Shown: positions 26,234 through 32,000 of the stretch, piece by piece
Layout of the letters: each line of letters begins with the position of its first letter
How positions within the stretch are numbered: position 1 is the stretch's first letter
Assembly (NCBI RefSeq): GCF_000012545.1
Contig: NC_007681.1
Location: 630,001-662,000 of the forward strand
Source: Methanosphaera stadtmanae DSM 3091
GTDB taxonomy: Archaea; Methanobacteriota; Methanobacteria; Methanobacteriales; Methanobacteriaceae
Length of the DNA: 32,000 bases
Reading direction: 5' to 3'
The notes under the pieces: generated by a model
What the model was told of the DNA's origin: nothing
The model's database searches: none
The model's input: the letters and a program-made list of their open reading frames with translations, nothing else
Made by a program: the position numbers and the translations under genes

Positions 26234-27262
26234 ATGAAAAGTTTATTAAAAAAATTATCTGAAGCTTGTGGAATTTCAGGCTTCGAAGATGAAGTACGTG
26301 AAATCTTAAAAGATGAATTAAAAGATCATGTTGATGATATGGAAACAGATATTATGGGTAATCTTATAACAACCCATAAAGGTAAAGAAGGAAAACCTAG
26401 TGTAATGTTAGCTTCACATATGGATGAAATTGGTCTTATGGTAAGTTTCATTGATGATGATGGATATTTAAGATTTGTTAAAATTGGTGGAATCAACGAT
26501 CAAATGTTATTAAATCAGAAAGTGTATGTACAAACAGAAAATGGTGAAGTACCTGGTATTATTGGTTCCAAACCACCTCATATTACAAGTGCTGCTGAAG
26601 CTAAAAAAATTATTCCATACAAAAATATGTTTATAGATATTGGAGCTAAAGACAAAGAACAAGCAGAAAGTCTTGTTTCTATTGGAGATGCTGTTGTATT
26701 CCATACTGAATTTGAAGAATGTTTAAACGATCTTGTAATGGGTAAAGCATTAGATAACCGTGTAGGTTGTGCTGTTATGGCAGAAGTAATGAAACAAACA
26801 GATTGTGATGCAACAGTATATGGTGTTGGAACAGTACAGGAAGAAGTAGGATTAAAAGGAGCTAAAACATCAGCATTCAAGTTAAATCCTGATATGGCTA
26901 TTGCATTAGATGTAACCATTGCTGGAGATCATCCTGGAGTAAAACCTGAAGATGCTCCTGTAAAAGCAGGAAAAGGTCCTGTAATATCATTTGCTGATGC
27001 TAGTGGTAGAGGATTATTAACTCATCCTATGATGAAAAAATTATTAGTTGAAGCTGCTGAAGCTGCTGATATTGATTACCAAATAGAAGTAGGTGATGGT
27101 GGAACAACTGATGCAACAGCAATTCACCTTACTCGTGAAGGTATAGCAACTGCAACTTTATCAAGTGGTTCAAGATATATTCACACACCTATTAGTGTTG
27201 TAAATGTAAAAGATTTAGAAGACACAGTAAAACTCATACTTGAATTCTTAAAAAGATTATAA
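26234..27262 (+). CDS. M42 family metallopeptidase (TET/FrvX-type aminopeptidase)
   Basis: [46 protein letters not shown] and ALDVTIAGD form the M42 metal-ligand pattern. GAGGT RBS. Confidence 0.88.
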   Translation: MKSLLKKLSEACGISGFEDEVREILKDELKDHVDDMETDIMGNLITTHKGKEGKPSVMLASHMDEIGLMVSFIDDDGYLRFVKIGGINDQMLLNQKVYVQTENGEVPGIIGSKPPHITSAAEAKKIIPYKNMFIDIGAKDKEQAESLVSIGDAVVFHTEFEECLNDLVMGKALDNRVGCAVMAEVMKQTDCDATVYGVGTVQEEVGLKGAKTSAFKLNPDMAIALDVTIAGDHPGVKPEDAPVKAGKGPVISFADASGRGLLTHPMMKKLLVEAAEAADIDYQIEVGDGGTTDATAIHLTREGIATATLSSGSRYIHTPISVVNVKDLEDTVKLILEFLKRL

Positions 27263-27330
27263 AATCTTTTTTTATTCTATTTTTTTAATTAAAATACTAT
27301 TATCATATTTTATTCTCAAAAAAAAAGTTG
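27263..27330. terminator. Bidirectional oligo-T / oligo-A termination region between convergent genes
   Basis: T7 runs at 27267-27273 and 27281-27287 serve the + strand gene. An A9 run (about 27317-27326) reads as oligo-T for the minus-strand gene ending at 27351. Confidence 0.35.
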
Positions 27331-27350
27331 GAAGGGGAATTTTAGTGAAT

Positions 27351-28160
27351 TTATTCCATATTTAATCCACCAATTTTTATATCATTATTTAAATTGAATT
27401 TATCATTTGATGAATCATAGTTGGGGGATGTGTATGTAATATATTCAGTATTACTTGGGTTATTTTTAATATTACTTCCACCTAATTCAATATGTGAATT
27501 GATATTTGCTACATCTTTATTTAAGTCTAATTCTACTCCACCTATTGTAACAGTGGATGTCATAGTTGTTTCTCCACTAGGTGTACCTTCAATACTTATA
27601 CCACCAAGTGTTAAATCAACATTTACATTGTTAATACTTCCACCATTTAAATTAAATACATAAGCTCCAAGTGTGTTGTTGAAGTTCATTGAATTGATCT
27701 TACTATTTGCTGTTGAATTAGTAATTACTGCTCCAGAGACTATTTGACCATTTATGTTATATGTGTATTTATTACTTAGTATGATTTCATTTTCTGCATC
27801 TTTTGAGTTAACATTAACATCTAAACTTCCATCTGGATTGGATGTGTATGTTACATCTGTTTTAGTATTTGCATCATTTTTTGATTTTATATTATAGATA
27901 TTATCACTATCTGCAAATTTAATATCTATTGATCCAGTTTTTTGTTTAATATTAAGATTTACCACTGATATATTTGTAGGTGTATCATTTTTACTTAATT
28001 CATCTATTAACTGATTTTCAGTAAGTGTTATATTAGTTACACTTTTGTTACTACTATTATCTGCTGTAGTAGGATTTAATGTTGTACTATATACAGTTAG
28101 TCCAATAGATAATATTAATATGAGTATTATTATTATTCCACCAATTTTTTCAAGATTCAT
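27351..28160 (-). CDS. Hypothetical N-terminally anchored, Asn/Thr-rich beta-repeat protein (recurrent [LI]GG strand motifs)
   Basis: N-terminal TM IGGIIIILILILSIGLTVY. The C-terminal half has spaced motifs LNGGSINNVNVDLTLGGISIEG, VTIGGVELDL, IELGGSNIK and IKIGGLNME, suggesting a repetitive beta structure. The start overlaps the upstream stop (TAATG). Confidence 0.5.
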   Translation of the reverse strand: MNLEKIGGIIIILILILSIGLTVYSTTLNPTTADNSSNKSVTNITLTENQLIDELSKNDTPTNISVVNLNIKQKTGSIDIKFADSDNIYNIKSKNDANTKTDVTYTSNPDGSLDVNVNSKDAENEIILSNKYTYNINGQIVSGAVITNSTANSKINSMNFNNTLGAYVFNLNGGSINNVNVDLTLGGISIEGTPSGETTMTSTVTIGGVELDLNKDVANINSHIELGGSNIKNNPSNTEYITYTSPNYDSSNDKFNLNNDIKIGGLNME

Positions 28161-28684
28161 TATAATACCCCCATTAGTATGGTTATAATTAATATTATTA
28201 TTCCATATGCTGCTAGGAAGGATCTTCCATATCCAAGTTCATATTCACTATGTACAGCCAAAGTATTTATAACAAGTTTCCATAATGAAACTAGTATATA
28301 TATTGGTATGAAAATCAATGGTTTAAATGAAAATATACTAAGTACAAATATGAAAAATATGTCTAGTACACTTGTATATGAAATTAAATTAAATAGATTT
28401 AATAAATTTCCAGTACCACCTAGTATTCTTGCTATGATACTTGTAATAATAGAATGAATGATATTATTTAATAGTACAAGTATGATTGCACACACTATAA
28501 TACCAATTGTTACTATTATATCTTTTAAATATATACCTAAGATTAAACCTAGAAATGCAGTGAAAAATATTGAAGTAAGTACTCCCTCATAATTTTTATA
28601 CTGACTTTTTAGGTAAAAAAGTTCATCTGGGGCTGTTATAACTTTAGCACAATCTGTGAAAAAGTCAATAATTCTAGTTTTCAT
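28160..28684 (-). CDS. Yip1-domain-like polytopic membrane protein
   Basis: 174 aa. Soluble N-terminal ~35 aa, then about five hydrophobic helices. ARILGGTGNLLNLFNLISYTSVL and LWKLVINTLAV resemble the Yip1 domain pattern. Confidence 0.5.
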   Translation of the reverse strand: MKTRIIDFFTDCAKVITAPDELFYLKSQYKNYEGVLTSIFFTAFLGLILGIYLKDIIVTIGIIVCAIILVLLNNIIHSIITSIIARILGGTGNLLNLFNLISYTSVLDIFFIFVLSIFSFKPLIFIPIYILVSLWKLVINTLAVHSEYELGYGRSFLAAYGIIILIITILMGVL

Positions 28685-28881
28685 ATTTTAAAATTTATAC
28701 TGATTAATATAAATATTTTATTATTTAAAAGGATTTATGTATGTTATTTATACAAAATAAAGTTTAAATGTATGATAATTATCAATTTGAGTAAAATAAA
28801 TTATTTAACTTTTTTTTTTAAATATAGAATAAGTTTATATAGGTTCCTGTTTGATATAATTAAACATATAAGGTGATAAAT

Positions 28882-29427
28882 ATGAAAGCTATAACTGTTA
28901 TTGCAAGTCCAAGAATGGAAGGTAACTGTAGAAAAATTGTTGATTCAATTACAGAAGGAATTAATGAAAATAATGGTGAAAATAAAATATATTATGTTGA
29001 TAAAATTGATATAAAACCTTGTCAAGCATGTGGTGGATGTAGAAATCCTGAAAAACCAAGTAAATGTGTAATAAATGATGATTTTAGAAAAATAATGGAT
29101 GAGGTAGAGGATGCTGATTGTTTTATATTTGCATCACCGAATTATTTTGGAGAAATAAATGCACAAGGTCATATATTTATGGATAGGTTTTATTCAATGA
29201 CTAAAAATACTTCAAATCAATTAAAAGGAAATCAGAAGGCTGTAATAGTATTTACGTATGGTGCACCTACAGGAACATATGATGAATATATAAACTCTAG
29301 AGTAAAGATTTTCGAATCAATAGGTCTTAATGTTGTAGAAGTAATGTCTGTTGGTGGAAATAAGCCTTCAAGTGGTGATAGTGAAGATGTTTATAAAAAA
29401 GCAAGAGATATAGGCTTAAATCTATAA
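28882..29427 (+). CDS. Iron-sulfur flavoprotein-like NAD(P)H-dependent FMN reductase family protein
   Basis: MKAITVIASPRMEGNC, Cys cluster CQACGGCRNPEKPSKC (CX2CX2CX8C) and FASPNYFGEINAQ. I prefer the ATG at 28882, after AAGGTGA, over the GTG at 28873 that lies inside the RBS. Confidence 0.75.
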   Translation: MKAITVIASPRMEGNCRKIVDSITEGINENNGENKIYYVDKIDIKPCQACGGCRNPEKPSKCVINDDFRKIMDEVEDADCFIFASPNYFGEINAQGHIFMDRFYSMTKNTSNQLKGNQKAVIVFTYGAPTGTYDEYINSRVKIFESIGLNVVEVMSVGGNKPSSGDSEDVYKKARDIGLNL

Positions 29428-29446
29428 TTTATAATGGTGGGTACAT

Positions 29447-30007
29447 ATGATAGAAGATAAATTATTTGATATTATTAAAAATGAAGGTAACATAATAGTA
29501 TCAGATATTATGACTGATGAAATGAAAAAGGAAGTTATTAAATTAGAAATGAAAAGATTAGATGAAATGGTACCATTGATTAATAAGGGTTTACAAGAAG
29601 CATTTGATTTAGATTCATCTATTGTTATTATTCAAGATAAGACAAATATCACACTACCTGTTGAGGAATTAATTCCTACATTAACTCTACAATCAGAAAG
29701 TGGTACAATTATAGGGGAAGAGATATATGATCCTGAGGAATTGGAAGAAATAAGACAAGATCCTTCAGTATATTTTATATCTGATAATTTTCCAACCTAT
29801 CCTAATCTATCAGTTCCAGGAGAAAAACAGTTTTTTGTAGTATCTGAAACAATAGGTATGCTTAAATGTGAGGATAGATTAAGAAGTGCTGTTAGTAAGA
29901 TGATTATTGCAGCACCATCTACTGAGGCTGATGGTTATATTAAGGATTGTTATAACATTCCACATGAAGAAAAAATCACAACACTAATAATAGGATTTAA
30001 TAAGTAG
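29447..30007 (+). CDS. Hypothetical protein, unrecognised family (paralogue A)
   Basis: 186 aa, acidic, no TM. About half its residues are shared with the next ORF in the blocks KKEV.K.EMKRLDE.VP.INKG, DPSVYF.SDNF.TY, KQFFV and PST..D.YIKD.YNIPH.E.I.T.IIGF. GGTGGG RBS. Confidence 0.6.
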   Translation: MIEDKLFDIIKNEGNIIVSDIMTDEMKKEVIKLEMKRLDEMVPLINKGLQEAFDLDSSIVIIQDKTNITLPVEELIPTLTLQSESGTIIGEEIYDPEELEEIRQDPSVYFISDNFPTYPNLSVPGEKQFFVVSETIGMLKCEDRLRSAVSKMIIAAPSTEADGYIKDCYNIPHEEKITTLIIGFNK

Positions 30008-30018
30008 GGAATGATTTT

Positions 30019-30591
30019 ATGGATAATGAATATGAAATAGTTTCAATGTTAAAAGAGGATGATGGAGTACTAATTTCACAGTTAATAGATAATGACTTTA
30101 AAAAAGAAGTTTTAAAATGTGAAATGAAAAGATTAGATGAATTGGTACCATTTATAAATAAAGGTATGGAAGATGCATTTAATGAAGAAGAAGCTTTGGT
30201 ATTGATTAAAAAACATGACCCTAATCATAAAAGAGAAATTAAAAGTGATAACTCAACTTTCACACTTAGAACAGAAAATGGTGATATTGTAGGTGAAACA
30301 ATAACGGATGAAGAAGAACTTGAAGAATTAAGAAATGATCCTAGTGTATACTTCTTATCAGATAATTTTGTAACATATACTAATATTGGAATGCCTAATC
30401 AGAAACAATTCTTTGTAATGGAGGGCGAAACAAGTGATTTTATAACTAACAAAGACATAGACAGTACAGTTAAAAGTCTTGTAGTGGCCATTCCATCAAC
30501 ACAAACAGATCATTATATAAAAGATTACTATAACATACCACATGATGAAGATATTGGAACTATAATAATAGGATTTACTCCAAGGTGTTAA
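30019..30591 (+). CDS. Hypothetical protein, unrecognised family (paralogue B)
   Basis: 190 aa, with the same conserved blocks as paralogue A. It starts 11 nt after A. Confidence 0.6.
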   Translation: MDNEYEIVSMLKEDDGVLISQLIDNDFKKEVLKCEMKRLDELVPFINKGMEDAFNEEEALVLIKKHDPNHKREIKSDNSTFTLRTENGDIVGETITDEEELEELRNDPSVYFLSDNFVTYTNIGMPNQKQFFVMEGETSDFITNKDIDSTVKSLVVAIPSTQTDHYIKDYYNIPHDEDIGTIIIGFTPRC

Positions 30592-30594
30592 ATT

Positions 30595-31272
30595 ATGTTA
30601 ATGGATTATGTTAAATCATTAAGTGATGTTTGTGGAGTTGCAGATTTTAGAAAAGATAGTCAACAGTTAATTGAAACATATGGTCAAGATATATGTAAAT
30701 ATCCATATGCAATTGTTATAGGTCATAGATTAAATGAAGAGATTGTATCTAAAATACCCTTATCATATAATGATGATGATATAGCAGAAGAATATCAAAA
30801 TGAATACTTTAATTCATTTAAAAGAATATCTGGTATCTCCCATAAAGTTGAGGATTATATTCATGATTTAGGATATAACTGTGTAATATTAAATGAATTG
30901 GAAAAATATGAAGATATACATCTAAAGACTAGATTTAGTAATAAAGCCAGTGCAAAACTTGCAGGAATTGGTTGGATTGGAAAAAATAATCTCTTAACAA
31001 CAAGAGAATATGGTCCAAGACTCACATGGTCAACAATTATAACAGATGCTCCACTTAGTAAATACACAGGAAATGTTATGGAATCATTATGTGGGGATTG
31101 TAATATATGTGTTAAAGCATGTCCTGGTGGAGCAATAGTTAACTTAGATAATCCACGCAAATCATACAGTCCAATAAAATGTGGGGATTATATTAAAAGT
31201 AGAAAAAAAGAGGGACATCCAACAGTATGTGGTATGTGTTTATATATATGTCCATATGGGAATAAAATATGA
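30595..31272 (+). CDS. Short QueG/RdhA-like 2x[4Fe-4S] protein (epoxyqueuosine-reductase-like core, lacking N- and C-terminal regions)
   Basis: KASAKLAGIGWIGKNNLLTTREYGPRLTWSTIITDAPL followed by CGDCNICVKACPGGAI and CGMCLYICPYG. This mirrors the QueG segment running from the end of the cobalamin-binding domain into the ferredoxin domain. It is only 225 aa. Confidence 0.65.
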   Translation: MLMDYVKSLSDVCGVADFRKDSQQLIETYGQDICKYPYAIVIGHRLNEEIVSKIPLSYNDDDIAEEYQNEYFNSFKRISGISHKVEDYIHDLGYNCVILNELEKYEDIHLKTRFSNKASAKLAGIGWIGKNNLLTTREYGPRLTWSTIITDAPLSKYTGNVMESLCGDCNICVKACPGGAIVNLDNPRKSYSPIKCGDYIKSRKKEGHPTVCGMCLYICPYGNKI

Positions 31273-31277
31273 TTTTT

Positions 31278-32000
31278 TTATTCTTTTTTATCCTCTTTTA
31301 GTGTTTCATAAATTGTTTTTGCTAATTTTTGATTAATACCTTTTACTTGACATATTTCATCAAAACTTGCATTATAAATATTATCTAAGCTTTCAAAATG
31401 TGTTAAGAGTGCTTGTTTTCTTTTTTTACCAACACCTGGTATGTCATCAAGAATAGATTTTGTAAATGCTTTTGAACGAAGTTTTCTATGGAATGTTATT
31501 GCAAATCTATGTGACTCATCACGTACATATTGAAGAAGATGTAGTGCTGAGGATTGTCTTGGTAGAATTATTGGATTTGTTTGTCCTGGAAGATATACTT
31601 CTTCAAATTTCTTTGCAAGGCCTGCAAGAGGAACATCTGTAATATTTAGTTTTTTAAATACATCAACAGCCATTCCAAGCTGTCCTTTACCTCCATCAAT
31701 TAACACTAGATCTGGATGAATACTAAGTGAATCTGATGTATTATTTGTATTATTAGGTGATATATGGGAGTATCTTCTTGTGATTACTTCCTTCATCATT
31801 GCAAAATCATTTGGACCGGGAGTATTCATCTTAAATTTACGATACATCTTCTTTGCAGGTTTTCCATTTTCAAATACAACCATTGATGCTACAGCATATA
31901 TACCAGAAATATTTGAAATATCAAATGCTTCAATATGGTATGGTAGACGGGGTAGATTAAGGTACTTCTCTAGAGTTAGAAGAGGATTTTCTTCCTCTTT
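31278..32000 (-). CDS. uvrC: Excinuclease ABC subunit C, C-terminal part (gene continues beyond the window end)
   Basis: The frame is open from 32000 (KEEENPLLTLEKYLNLPRLPYHIEAFDISNISGIYAVASMVVFENGKPAKKMYRKF). It carries LIDGGKGQL, RDESHRFAITFHRKLR and the C-terminal HhH LDDIPGVGKKRKQALLTHF. Confidence 0.9.
   Translation of the reverse strand, partial: KEEENPLLTLEKYLNLPRLPYHIEAFDISNISGIYAVASMVVFENGKPAKKMYRKFKMNTPGPNDFAMMKEVITRRYSHISPNNTNNTSDSLSIHPDLVLIDGGKGQLGMAVDVFKKLNITDVPLAGLAKKFEEVYLPGQTNPIILPRQSSALHLLQYVRDESHRFAITFHRKLRSKAFTKSILDDIPGVGKKRKQALLTHFESLDNIYNASFDEICQVKGINQKLAKTIYETLKEDKKE

Noticed and set aside
1-32000. Search for tRNA, rRNA, CRISPR arrays, transposases, integrases or prophage genes
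   Set aside because: All intergenic regions are uniformly AT-rich, with none of the GC-rich structured islands that tRNAs and rRNAs form in such genomes. No regularly spaced direct repeats were seen. No ORF shows DDE, tyrosine- or serine-recombinase or capsid/terminase motifs.

Overview
This is a very AT-rich, gene-dense archaeal chromosome segment with about 38 CDS, short intergenic gaps and Shine-Dalgarno-like GGAGG/AGGTGA motifs. The gene content points to a pseudomurein-containing methanogen of the Methanobacteriales (Methanosphaera- or Methanobrevibacter-like). Supporting genes are archaeal NAC, SecF/SecD, a MurT-like Mur ligase, archaeal phosphopantothenate synthetase, the UPF0200/UPF0201 pair, a Dph6-type PP-loop ATPase and iron-sulfur flavoproteins. 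From left to right the window holds: a glycan/unusual-sugar cluster (KdgK-like kinase, ALS/YerE-like TPP enzyme, SDR, two GT2s, RmlC); NAC plus a metallophosphoesterase; a tightly coupled four-gene operon (NYN RNase, a membrane-anchored protein with tandem GGDEF/Cas10-like palm domains, two small anchored low-complexity paralogues); argJ-argB-(RNase HIII-like)-argC; four tandem flavodoxin-like paralogues; a MurT-like ligase; secF-secD; a CoA-related gene plus UPF0200/UPF0201; dph6; an M42 peptidase; membrane protein pairs; a four-gene redox operon (FeS flavoprotein, two unknown paralogues, short QueG/RdhA-like 2x[4Fe-4S] protein); and the 3' part of uvrC. I saw no tRNA, rRNA, CRISPR array, transposase or integrase. 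The strongest candidate for something undescribed is the NYN plus tandem-palm (GGDD) gene pair at 8567-10822. All family assignments come from reading motifs by eye; no database search was run.
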